A stretch of 64,000 bases of DNA from Eledone cirrhosa. Lineage: Eukaryota. The stretch spans positions 77,500,001-77,564,000 of the forward strand of contig OZ024741.1 of the NCBI GenBank assembly GCA_964016885.1, read 5' to 3'. A program made the translations under genes and the position numbers. Positions within the stretch are counted from its first letter, which is position 1; each line of letters starts with the position of its first letter. Positions 24,095 through 35,986 of this stretch are shown one piece after another. Below the pieces are notes generated by a model. It saw nothing but the letters and a program-made list of their open reading frames with translations. It was not told where the DNA came from and searched no databases.

Positions 24095-24279
24095 AATTGG
24101 CAGTATCGGTAGAGGGTCGGACGCCATGCTTTGATGCATAGAGTTATGGCCCTCGCCATTCTGAGTTCAAATCCCGCCAAGGTTAACTTAGCCTTTCATC
24201 CTTATGGGGTCGATAAAATAAGGTACCAGTAATGTACTGGGATAATTGCTGGCCTTGTGCCAATAGTAGAAACAATTAT
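24095..24279 (+). mobile_element. tRNA-derived SINE
   Basis: A and B boxes and a body matching 9686-9837; ends AGAAACAATTAT. Confidence 0.9.
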
Positions 24280-24708
24280 CCAATATGCATTATACATGAG
24301 GATGAATTCTTCAGCAATGGCCCTCTAATCCACCATTAATAATGTTCTTAGTACTAATTGTATCATAAGAAATTAATGTATCTAATCAGAACTTGAAAAT
24401 AAACAGGCTGTATCCAAGACAACAACAATAACAACAAGAACCATTAATATAATTTCATTAGTATTATTGTTTGGTGTACTTTGACACAACTAACTATCAG
24501 TTTCTGTTCTTTGAGTATAAGCAGTATTTTGCTTCTATATATTTATATGTGCAAAACTTAGTGCTACTGTATTTAGAGTACTCTATGCAATGTGTGTGCA
24601 ATGCTTAGTAAAGCTATCTTATGTATACTATGAATGTGTGTAAGGTCTGGGGTGGTGTATCAAGTATTTGCCTTTATGTATTTTAATCATTCCCAAAACA
24701 CCTATTAT

Positions 24709-26657
24709 TATGAAGACGGGCAAGGCAGCTGGGCCTTCGGAAATAGTTGCTGAAATGCTGAAAGCATCTGGAACGGTGGGACACACTATGGTCACCCGAA
24801 TAGTAAACCAAGTTATACAGAATGGGGTCGTACCAAAGGACTGGCGTAACAGCATCATCATTAACTGCTACAAGGGTAAAGGAGATGCCCTAGATAGGGG
24901 AAACTATAGAGGCATTAAATTAATTGACCAGGTCATGAAGGTCACAGAAAAAGTAATAGCGCAACTAATCAGAGAACAAATTGATCTAGGTGAAATGCAG
25001 TTCGGGTTTGTGTCAGGTAAAAGTACCACAGACGCTCTTTTCATTGTACGACAACTACAGGAGAAGTACCTAGCTAAAAGTAAACCCCTCTACTTAGCTT
25101 TTGTAGACCTGGAGAAAGCCTTTGGCAGAGTCCCCCACTCCATTATCTGGTGGGCTCTTAGAAAACTAGGTGCAGATGAATGGCTTGTGAGAGCTATACA
25201 AGCCATGTATAAAGAAACAGTCAGCAAGGTTAGAATTAACAACGAATATAGTGAAGAGTTTAGCGTAAAAGTTGGTGTTCATCAGGGCTCTGTCCTTAGC
25301 CCCCTCCTATTTATTATCGCCCTCCAAGCTATAACAGAGGAGTTCAAGACCGGCTGCCCATGGGAAATTCTATACGCAGATGATCTAACACCCATAGCCG
25401 AATCAATGGCTGAACTAGAGAAGAAATTCCAAACATGGAAGCATGGCCTAGAATCAAAAGGCCTTAAAGTTAACTTGTCTAAGACTAAAGTCCTAATATG
25501 TAGGAAGGAGAATAGGGCACTGGTCCCATCTGGGAAATGGCCATGCTCAGTGTGTAGGAAAGGAGTAGGCAGAAACTCCATTTTATGTCCCAATGCAAAG
25601 TATGGGTACATAAAAGATGTAGTGGGATCACAGGTAAGCTAACTAAGAATATAGATTTTATATGTGGCCAGTGCTCAGGTGCAATAAGTAGCAGCAAATA
25701 CCCACAGAATACTAGCTCATTCCATTGCACAGATGGTTCTATAGAAATAGTGGACACATTCCGTTACCAGCAGTGGTGGAGGGTGCTCTGAAAGTACTGT
25801 AGCTAGAGTCCGAATGGGATGGAAAAAGTTCAGAGAGCTTATATTGGCCGCTAAAGATTTCTCTCTAAAAATAAAAGGCAGGCTGTATGATGCCTGCATA
25901 CGAACAGCGATGTTACATGGCAGTGAGACATGGGCCTTGTGTGCAGAGGATCTACACAGACTGGAGAGGAACGAAGCTTGCATGCTCCTTTGGATGTGTA
26001 ATAGTAATATACGCGAACGGCAAAGCATAAATGAACTAAGTGAGAAATTAGGAATAAGAGGGATCAGATGCTGTTTACTGGAGAGAAGACTACGTTGGTA
26101 TGGTCACGTGATGCGCATGAAAGACGACAGCTGTATAAAAAAGTACAGGGCAATAAAAATAGACGGTAGCCACGGAGTAGGCAGACCCAGAAAAACCTGG
26201 GACGACTTGATAAAATCCGACCTCACACACTTACACCTCTCCAAGACAATGTCACTGGACCAAGATCTTTGGCGCTACGTAGTAATACAAAAGACCTGCC
26301 TTGCCTAAGTACAAAGCGAAACCTACAGTCAGTAGGCACCTCTTAACCAAAATACACCCCCGTCCCACTACCCCTACCTCCACCGCTATCTATACCACCC
26401 CTTTCGATGTAAAGCTATGTTGATACCACAACATCCAGTCCTAAATAAATGAGGTCGTGTAGGTGTCACAACAAAAAAACACACAGTCCACGCTGTAAAT
26501 GTGGTTGGTGTTAGGAAGGGAATCCAGCCGTAGAAAACCTGCCAGACAGTCTGAGCAAGACAACCAATCTTGCCTCAAGTGGGACAATTCCCATCCAGAC
26601 CCATGCAAGCGTGGAAGATGGACGTTAAACGATGATGATGATGATGATGATGATGAT
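24709..26657 (+). mobile_element. 5'-truncated RTE LINE, family A (frameshifted)
   Basis: Colinear with 61601-63612; RT motifs FVDLEKAF, GVHQGSVLSP, YADD; frameshifts near 25590 and 25770; 3' UTR and (GAT)n tail. Confidence 0.95.
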
Positions 26658-26835
26658 GTAAATGTGGTTGGCATTAGGAAGGGCATCCAGCTGTAGAAAC
26701 CAAGCAAAAATCAGCCCTGTGTGAGCAAAACACAGTCCTCTGACCTGATCTCTCCCAAAGGGACAGCCCATCCTACCCATGCTAGTATGGAAGATGGACG
26801 TCAAACGATGATGACAATGATGATAATGATGATGG
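26658..26835 (+). mobile_element. RTE-type 3'-end fragment or short non-autonomous element in the preceding (GAT)n tail
   Basis: GTAAATGTGGTTGGCATTAGGAAGGGCATCCAGC...CCCATGCTAGTATGGAAGATGGACGTCAAAC plus a GAT-rich tail. Confidence 0.8.
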
Positions 26836-27128
26836 GTATCCAGTCAGATTATTTGGAGTCAGTTGCTTCTGATAGGACCCTCTGAGGGCTCTGCCACCAC
26901 AACCCTCACAGAAATAAGTGGAAGAAGAAGGAGGAGGAGGTTTGTATTTCACCTTTGGTCTTGTGCTGCAATAAATTAAAAAAACCTTCAATCTAAGCTT
27001 ATGTCCATTGCTCCTCAGTCACAGACTGAATATTCTTCATATATATTTCTACACTATGGCAGTGAATTGGCAGGTTTGTTACGATGTCAGATTAAAAATG
27101 CCTTGGTATTTGTTCCAGCAGGCATTAA

Positions 27129-27195
27129 ATGATAATGATGATGGTGATGAAGATGATGACAAGGATGATGGTGATAGTGATGGTGGTGGTGATAA
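27129..27195. repeat. imperfect (GAT/GGT)n repeat
   Basis: Direct reading. Confidence 0.7.
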
Positions 27196-29304
27196 TTATA
27201 ATGTCACATTTTTGGCATTTGACAGTTTTAAAGGATTAATCTATGGAATCTAAAATATTCATTTCTAATTTTTCTTTGGTATTTTTGTTTGTTTTTTTTT
27301 CAACATTTTTTTTTAATAAGCATATTTCAAATAAGATTAGTAGAAGTGCAATAGCAGCAATTTGGCAGCCATTACTAATCAAATAGAGGAATCTGATATA
27401 GGATGGTTCCCAGAAGAAAAGAATATAGGAAAGGTATGTTACAAACAACAGTACAGCCCAGTTAAATAAAAGTTGGAAGAAACTTTGATGGATGTGTGTC
27501 CCAATGCATGCTCTATCAACCAGGATAGGACTTACAGAAGTGATCAAGGGCGGTGATGAGCAGAATTAGTGAACCATTCACTTGTCCACAGGCTGGTTCC
27601 ACAATATATGGGGATACAAAACACGGGTGTCATAGCCCGAGACACATAAGGACATGTTTGTCATGTTGCCCCTTGATTCATTCTAACCCTTGTGACATAA
27701 TACAAGGAGTTGGTGAACTCCATGTATACAATAACATGTGGTCAGATGGGATCTGTATAGCCATGTAAGACTGATGACTCGTAAAAAAAACTCCAAAGCT
27801 ATTCTGGAGCTGCACATCATTGTGTCATTTAAAAAAATGAAAAACAATTAAACTGGTGGTACCAGGCACAAAGTTCAATTCTTATATGTGTAAGAGTAAG
27901 GGCTACTTGACAGCTTTCTGCTCTAATGAGCTGGAGAAGCAGAGTAAGAAAGAAAGCAGTAGCCAACAGCACATGCAGCAACATTAACAGTAGGCCACAT
28001 AAACTGCTATTTCCAGAGCACCATTGGTCTGTTATGAGAATAGAGGGGAAAATCATCTTGTTCTCAGTACCAGAATCCGAGGACCACGAATTAACCCAAA
28101 GTTGCATATAAGATATTCAGAGAGGATCTCACCATCGAAATTACATGTTTATGGTTAGAAATATCAATGAGATCCTCATATATCAAATGGAAGACATTAA
28201 GGACGATGTACTGATTAAAGAGGGAAAATAAGACCATAGTTCAAAAGACACTCATATGATGAACTGTTAGTGACAACTACAGATATTTTCTCATCATATG
28301 AAAGAAGAATGCTCAGAAAACATGAAATAATTCTTCCCTCATCCAACACAGCAGATGTTAACGGACATTTTGAGACGTACAAATTTCCAATAGCAGAAAG
28401 GAATACAGTTAAGACAATAAGGGTACTTTGATCCAATTTAGTGGTGGTTTCTCACCCCTGCGAGGGCAGATTGTCTTTATTTGTTGTTTATTTTATTTCT
28501 GTCTCATTTATATTTATTTTATTTATATATTTATATATTCATATATTCATTTTATCAAAATATTTAATGTCTTAATGAGTACATCCTCATAAATCTTGTA
28601 ACACTTTTTTATAATGTGCTGTTGTTTGATGACAAATAAATGTAAGTGTAAGAATTATAAATTCAGTCCATTATAAACAAAACTACAGGATATTTAGCAA
28701 TGGATTTATTTACATTCTCTACTAGTAGATAAATCAATGTAGCTATGACAAGTTACACCAACCTTTATAAATAGTCTATGAAATACGAAGCGTTGATTTA
28801 GATATACCGAGAAATAATACACAGAAATGATAGAAATAGTACAAAGAAACTGAAAGGACTGAATGTCACTGAGATGAAGATGAACATAGCAATCAATAAG
28901 TTTGTTGATGAGTTATAAATATGTGTGTGTGTAAAACACATACAACATCATTAAACTCGCAGCTCATCAATGATATAATAAACTGGGGTGATTGTCCATT
29001 TTTATTTGGCGGGACTTATTGCAGCGATACACCGGCATATAAAAAAGATTAAGTACACACCAATACACACATAACAAACACGCACACATACACATAGGAA
29101 AGACAGATGATTTGTTGATAAATCCTTATAATGTCATGGAACCAAAGGTAAATAGAGTTGGGCTCTCTCTCTCTTTATATATTTCTATCATCAGGAAAAC
29201 AAACGTAACTCATAGGCATTGATTCTTAAATTTATTTAATTAGGAGCATCATTTTTTCTTTGTTGTATTGTTTATTTTTTAATTATACGTGCATACACAC
29301 ATTT

Positions 29305-29372
29305 GTATCATATATATATATATATGTATCTGTATGAGATATATATATATTTATATATATATATACATGTGC

Positions 29373-29423
<51 letters not shown>
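29305..29423. repeat. (TA)n-rich microsatellite
   Basis: Direct reading. Confidence 0.9.
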
Positions 29424-29425
<2 letters not shown>

Positions 29426-30164
29426 ATCTTGATTGCTTTATTATACTTCTTCCCTTCAAAGTCCATTATAACTGACCAACTAATCTCACCAAGTCTCAGA
29501 CTGACCTCTTATTTTTAGCCATATATATTTGGTTGTAGTTATGAGATTTCGTGCGAGACGAAATCTCGTTATTTGACCATCACTGATCCAATTTATTCAT
29601 AGAAGTCGAAACTTCCTAAAATATTTCTAAATAATTTCGGTTGCATTTGTTTTAAGTTTATATTCTTTCTTTTTGTTTTATATCCTATTGAAACAAATAA
29701 ACAAGCAAACATTTGCTATTCCGCATGTTGTTATTGTTTACCCCCTTAGTCAGTTCTAATCGAAAAGCATTCCAGTTGTGAACATCCTATTTGTTTTTGA
29801 TTTGTCTTTTAAGTATATATTTATCTAGAATCACATATATCCAATGTATCTTTCCTTGAATTTTTTTATTTTTTAAAGGACGCAAGGGGTGAGTTGATCG
29901 AGACTCGACTGCAATTTCTCGTAGGTTATCATTTATAGGCTATTTTCTCTCTCGGTGATGTCTGGATTGTCTACAAAAATAGACCACTATGATAAAATTC
30001 ATGCAATATCTACGACGGTCCAAGTCGAATTCAGTGTTGCAGCTTATGTACAAACTTTATTTGCATATTACTATTGTTTCCATATCGATCAGCTCACAGT
30101 ACAAGCAAAGTGATGGGGTCCGACTCTTTTTACAATTTGCTCACTAGACACCGTAGAACTTGCT

Positions 30165-30232
30165 CTGTACTTATTTTATTGACCCCAAAAAGGTTGAAAA
30201 GACTGACTCGCAGCAGGGTTTGAACGTACAAA
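30165..30232 (-). mobile_element. old diverged SINE fragment
   Basis: GTACTTATTTTATTGACCCC...GGGTTTGAAC resembles the central domain and B box of the SINE family above. Confidence 0.5.
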
Positions 30233-30329
30233 GGTGCTTTTGCAAAGAAACGACAACAATAAATACATATACAAGTCTGTTGAAAGTAATGGCGTTAGGG
30301 AGACAGAAGTGTACAATGTGGAGCTGCAT

Positions 30330-30985
30330 ATGCATGGTTTTTAGCGAGCTCTCTGGGTGTGTCAGTCACTGTCAGACAGTCAACATGTGAGGTGCTGTAC
30401 TACATACTCATTTCATACAAGGATCCTGAGTTTCTGAATATCATAACTAGAGACAAGACATGGGTATACAGATATGTCCTAGAAACCAAACTCATTCAGC
30501 GTCACCAAGGTTAAAAAAATATGTCAAAAGGTGATTGTAACTACAAATAGTTACAAATAAGTACTATGTCTTTGTGATGCAGTTCAATGCAAGACACTGG
30601 ATCTGTGGGCCTCACAAAACTGTCATCTGTATCAAGATAATGCTGTGGCTCGTTCGTTGCAGTTGATCCAAGGTTTCTTGGAAAAGAAAGGTATTTCACT
30701 TATTCGCTAAGCTCCCTACTCTCCAACCATGGCCCCTTCTTACTTCTGGTTGTTCCCAAAAGTGTAGATACTATTGAAAAACTCCCACTTTGAGAGGCAA
30801 GAGGACATGCAGACTGCAACAGCTGAGCTGAGAGCCACTCCAGAAAGAGCATTCCAGGCATGCTTTGAACAATGGAAGGATCACTGGGCAAAGTGTGTGG
30901 AGGCATAAGGGGCCTTCAAAGTGGTTAGTAACTGAACCCCACCAAGTACGTAATTGTAGTTTTGCAGCTTAAGGTCAGATACTAT
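30330..30985 (+). pseudogene. Tc1/mariner transposase fossil (DD34D-type)
   Basis: DPEFLNIITRDKTWVYRYVLETK; LYQDNA...FLEKKGI...APYSPTMAPSYFWLFPK (YSPDLAP motif); FQACFEQWKDHWAKCVEA C-terminus. Confidence 0.8.
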
Positions 30986-30989
30986 GAAA

Positions 30990-31245
30990 TTTGCAGATGT
31001 GTTAGTGTTTCACCTGCGGTAGTGAAAATGGTGTCTCGGGTTTGCGATAAATTTCTTTTGAAGACCAAGAAAGCTTTAGGTATATGACTAGACAACATTG
31101 TACAGAAGCATGTCTCTGTGTGAAAAGTCACCTAATCTATATAAACATCAGAGTGGGTTGAGAAGAAAGATGAAATGGAGTTTAAAGCTAGCAAGGAATA
31201 TCTATGGCTTTATAAAGCACTAGACCTGTTCGGTGACGTTCACTT
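30990..31245 (+). pseudogene. pogo/Tigger-like transposase fragment (CENP-B HTH region)
   Basis: KTKKALGI*LDNIVQKHV and EFKASKE.. resemble the EKALxxWxxD...FKASxGW motifs. Confidence 0.45.
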
Positions 31246-31889
31246 GAAAATATTTTTTTTTTAATCATGTACTCTTAAAAATAATTTTTGAATAATTAAA
31301 ATATACAGACATATATAATGTAAAATGAAATTGAAGGCCCATATATATTTGTGTGTGTGTCCCTTCCATTTTCCTTCTCTGTCCTCTCTCTCTTTCAATC
31401 TACTCTCTCACAACTACTGTCTCATTGTCTCTATCTTTCTCTCTCTCTCTATGAAGGCACCCGGAAAAACCCTGTATCTCAGGAACCTGTACTCCAATTT
31501 ACGCGAAACTTGTTTTATTCCATTTGTATTCCCATTTCAGGGGCAACTTCCTTTCAAAGTATTTTCCCATTATGCGCTGTTTTGGCTGTATTACATTACA
31601 ACAGACAAGCGCACAATCACAAAGTTTTGTAGTATATTGATAGATTGCAACATCAAAAACCTCAATCATGAGAGAATCAGTATTGGCTGATACAGAAGCA
31701 GTATTAGAGTGCCCAGTCTCAAAAACGAAATCAAAGGAAACGGCTGTTGCTAAGAGCAAGTCTTCACCTGTGATGATGAATGTGCTGAAGTGTATCTATA
31801 TTCATAAGAGTGACAACCAAGCCCCAAGATTTCAAATCACACTGACTCTCATGTTATAAAGTGAAATGCATTCCTATAGAATATATGTA

Positions 31890-32068
31890 TATCATTATCA
31901 TCTTCATCTTCATCATCAATGTTTAACGCCCATTTTCCAAGCTTGCATGGGTTAGACGGATTGTGACATTATGAGTCGGGTTAGGTGACCATGTCTTGAT
32001 TATACAGAACTGTATTTCAGTTTGATTTATACCGCTGGATGCCCTTCTTAACAACCAACCACATTACA
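31890..32068 (-). mobile_element. RTE-type 3'-end fragment (reverse orientation)
   Basis: (ATC)n tail, then GTTTAACGCCCATTTTCCAAGCTTGCATGGG and GCTGGATGCCCTTCTTAACAACCAACCAC, the reverse complement of the RTE-A 3' end. Confidence 0.8.
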
Positions 32069-32317
32069 ACACTAGGGTCCTCTTTATGTCCTTGGGCAGT
32101 CAGAAGAGGCATAGATGAGAGTGGAAGTGTAAAATTGAGAATAAGCAAGCTACATGCTGCTTGCTGGGAAAGTGTTAAGTTATGAAAGTGGTCCTAAAGG
32201 AAATGAGGTGTGGCTGACAGCATATTGTGGGGCATCTGATTCAGGCAACCATTTTCTTACAGCAGGTCATATGAGATAATATACCATAAAGTAAAACTTT
32301 TACAAATATTATATTAT

Positions 32318-33460
32318 AGGACAAGCTACACTACATAATACATATGTAGGACTGACTACACTATATATTATATATGTAGGATATTCTACACTATTACATA
32401 TGTAGGACATACTACACTATATATTATATATGTAGAACCTATTACACTATATATTACATATGTAGGACCTATTACACTGTATATTACATACATAGGACCT
32501 ATTACACTATATATTATATATGTAGGACTTATTACACTATATATTATATATGTAGGACATACTACACTATATATTACATATGTAGGACCTATTACACTAT
32601 ATATTATATATGTAGGTCATACTACACTATATATTACATACATAGGACCTATTACACTATATATTACATATGTAGGACATACTACACTATATATTACATA
32701 CATAGGACCTATTACACTATATATTACATACATAGGACCTATTACACTATATATTACATATGTAGGACCTATTACACTATATATTACATATGTAGGACTT
32801 ATTACACCATATATTATATATGAAGGACATACTACACTATATATTACATACATAGGACCTATTACACTATATATATTACATACATAGGACCTATTACACT
32901 ATATATTATATATGTAGGACCTACTACACTATATATTACATATGTAGGACATATTACACTATATATTACATACATAGGACCTATATTATATATGTAGGAC
33001 CTATTACACTATATATTATATATGTAGGACATACTACACTATATTACATACATAGGACTTATTACATATGTAGGACATACTACACTATATATTACATACA
33101 TAGGACCTATTACACTATATCTTATATATGTAGGACCTATTACACTATATATTACATACATGGGACCTATTACACTATATATTACATACATAGGACCTAT
33201 TACACTATATATTACATACATAGGACCTATTACACTATATATTATATATGTAGGACATATTACACTATATATTACATACATAGTACCTATTACACTATAT
33301 ATTATATATGTAGGACATACTACACAATATATTACATACATAGGACCTATTACACTATATCTTATATATGTAGGACATACTACACTATATATTATATATG
33401 TAGGACATACTACACTATATATTACATATGTAGGACCTATTACACTATATATTACATACA
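32318..33460. repeat. 30-bp minisatellite, left block
   Basis: Unit TAGGAC(CTAT/ATAC)TACACTATATATTA(C/T)ATA(CA/TG); degenerate units at the left edge. Confidence 0.97.
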
Positions 33461-35986
33461 TGCATTTTGCAACACAAACTTCCAGAAACCTGCCAATCAC
33501 CTAATAACCTACAAATCTGGTGAGCACATAAGCCAGATTGACTTCCTGCTAGTTAGGCAGCGGGACAGGCAGATAGTGTCTAATACCAAGGCATACCCTG
33601 GGGAAGAATGTACCCCACAGCATAGGTTAGTTGTTAGTGATATCTCAGTAAACAAGAGATGGAATGAGCCATATAGGAAGGTGTGGAGAAGAAAGGTCTG
33701 GAAGCTAAAAGACCTTTCACTAAAATTCAAATTTAGGAAAGCCCTTCAAGATGTATATGACGAAAAAGAAGACGATTTAGAGACGTATGACATAGATAAT
33801 AACTGGAAGTTTTTACGTGACAACTTGCTGAAGGCTACTGATGAAACTTGTGGCTGGAGCAGAGCCCCAACCAGACAGAGAGTGACCTGGTGGTGGAACA
33901 GCAGTGTAGATAAGGCTATTAGAGACAAAAGACTAGCATGGAAGGCTTGGAATAAGGGTGGGAGTAGGGAAGAATATACAGCCACTAAGAGAGAAGCTAG
34001 ACGTCAGGTGTACTTAGCACGCAGGGAGGCAGAGAGTAGGAGGTTTGCCAATGTTCTGCGATGGGAAGATCAGAGGCGTGCGGTGTTCCACATTGCAAGG
34101 CAGTGTGTCAATGCAAATCAGGATGTTGTTGGTGATAAATGTGTCCGGGATGATGCCGGTGTACTTAGTGTCACGAATGACCAGAAAAAGGAGGCCTGGA
34201 AATGCCATTATGAGAGACTGATGAATGTGGAGAACGAATGGGAGAGAGAGAAATTACCCTTGGTAGATCCGACAGAGGGACCAGCTATTGAGATTGACGA
34301 ATATAGGGTCCAAGAGGCGATTAGGGAAATGAAAAATGGTAAGGCGGCCGGACCATCGGGAATAGTTGCTGAGATGCTGAAGGCATCAGGGGACGTAGGC
34401 ACTAAACTGGTTGCACGCATAATCAATCAGGCTATATATGGTGGTGTCATACCCAAAGACTGGTGCAGCAGTATTCTCATAAATTGCTACAAAGGTAAAG
34501 GGGATGCTTTGGAGAGGAGCAATTATAGGGGTATAAAACTGATAGATCAGGTTATGAAAGTGGCAGAAAGGATTTTAGCACAACTAATTAGAGAAAGGGT
34601 CAAACTAGATGAGATGCAGTTTGGTTTTGTGCCTGGGAAGAGTACAACAGATGCCCTCTTCTTGGTGAGACAAATGCAAGAGAGGTTCTTAGAGAAGAAT
34701 AAGCCACTATACTTGGCCTTTGTTGACCTAGAGAAGGCCTTTGATAGGGTACCCCGATCTGTCATCTGGTGGTCCCTAAGGAAGCTGGGTGTTGAGGAAT
34801 GGCTTGTAAGGACAGTGCAAACTTTGTACAGAGGTACTCTCAGTAAAGTCAGGGTAGGAATGGAGTTTAGTGAGGAATTCCAGATACAAGTAGGAGTACA
34901 TCAGGGTTCGGTCCTCAGCCCGCTCTTGTTCATTATAGTCCTCCAAGCCATAACAGAGGAGTTTAAGACTGGCTGTCCATGGGAACTTCTCTATGCTGAC
35001 GATCTGGCTCTTATGGCAGAATCAGTAGAGGAGCTAGAGAATAAATTCCGGCTATGGAAACAGCAGTTGGAAGCAAGAGGACTGAGAGTAAATCTAGCTA
35101 AGACAAAAGTGTTGATGAGTAGAAAAGAGGACAAAACCCTGATTCCGTCAGGGAAATGGCCATGTTCGATATGCAGAAAAGGAACTGGCATAAATTCTAT
35201 AAAATGCACACAATGTAGGTCCTGGGTACACAAGAGATGTAGCGGGATAGCAGGCAAACTAACAGGTAGGGAGAAATATGTATGCAGTAGATGTACAGGG
35301 AAATTAGACAGTAGAAGTCGCACTGATAGACACATTTTTCAAATGCGAGAGGGCGCTATAGAAGTGGTGGATAGCTTCCGGTACCTAGGAGATCAGATTA
35401 GCATGGGAGGAGGGTGTTCCGAGGCCATAGTATCTAGAATAAGGACGGGTTGGAAGAAGTTTAGGGAGCTGCTTCCTCTGTTGATGAAGAAGGGTTTCTC
35501 CCTGCATACGAAAGGCCGGTTGCATGATGCCTGTGTGAGGAGCGCGATGCTACATGGTAGTGAGACATGGGCAGCTACCGCAGAAGATATGCGACGGCTG
35601 GAGAGAAATGAGGCAAGCATGCTCCGTTGGATGTGCAGTGTAAATGTGCGTGAACGACCCAGCATAAATGTGTTGAGAGAGAAACTGTGTCTGAGAGGGA
35701 TAGAATGTAGTGTACGGGAGAGGAGACTGAGGTGGTATGGACATGTGATGCGCATGGAGGATGACCGATGGGTGAAGAAGTGCCAGGAAATGCCAGTTGA
35801 AGGAAGACGTAGTAGAGGTAGACCACGAAAAACATGGGCGGAGGTGGTGAGAACAGACCTCAGATCATTGAAGCTCACGGTGGAGATGACGAGGGACCGT
35901 GACGAGTGGAGAGATGCTGTGCTGAATAAGACCCGTCCCACCCTTGCAAGCAGGGAAAAGCGGACGTAAAATGATGATGATGATGA
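33461..35986 (+). mobile_element. 5'-truncated RTE LINE, family B, inserted in the minisatellite
   Basis: Uninterrupted frame from the truncation point to a stop next to the (ATG)n tail. Confidence 0.95.
33462..35969 (+). CDS. RTE ORF (C-terminal APE part, RT, PHD-like finger), 5'-truncated
   Basis: Frame opens at AFCNTNFQKP..SQIDFL; QHRLVV; MQFGF; FVDLEKAFDRV; GVHQGSVLSP; LLYADDL; C4HC3 finger; RRLRWYGHV. Confidence 0.92.
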   Translation, partial: AFCNTNFQKPANHLITYKSGEHISQIDFLLVRQRDRQIVSNTKAYPGEECTPQHRLVVSDISVNKRWNEPYRKVWRRKVWKLKDLSLKFKFRKALQDVYDEKEDDLETYDIDNNWKFLRDNLLKATDETCGWSRAPTRQRVTWWWNSSVDKAIRDKRLAWKAWNKGGSREEYTATKREARRQVYLARREAESRRFANVLRWEDQRRAVFHIARQCVNANQDVVGDKCVRDDAGVLSVTNDQKKEAWKCHYERLMNVENEWEREKLPLVDPTEGPAIEIDEYRVQEAIREMKNGKAAGPSGIVAEMLKASGDVGTKLVARIINQAIYGGVIPKDWCSSILINCYKGKGDALERSNYRGIKLIDQVMKVAERILAQLIRERVKLDEMQFGFVPGKSTTDALFLVRQMQERFLEKNKPLYLAFVDLEKAFDRVPRSVIWWSLRKLGVEEWLVRTVQTLYRGTLSKVRVGMEFSEEFQIQVGVHQGSVLSPLLFIIVLQAITEEFKTGCPWELLYADDLALMAESVEELENKFRLWKQQLEARGLRVNLAKTKVLMSRKEDKTLIPSGKWPCSICRKGTGINSIKCTQCRSWVHKRCSGIAGKLTGREKYVCSRCTGKLDSRSRTDRHIFQMREGAIEVVDSFRYLGDQISMGGGCSEAIVSRIRTGWKKFRELLPLLMKKGFSLHTKGRLHDACVRSAMLHGSETWAATAEDMRRLERNEASMLRWMCSVNVRERPSINVLREKLCLRGIECSVRERRLRWYGHVMRMEDDRWVKKCQEMPVEGRRSRGRPRKTWAEVVRTDLRSLKLTVEMTRDRDEWRDAVLNKTRPTLASREKRT

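Noticed and set aside
31668-31859. Possible host exon (MRESVLADTEAVLECPVSK...)
   Set aside because: Short, with no recognisable domain and no convincing splice-site pair
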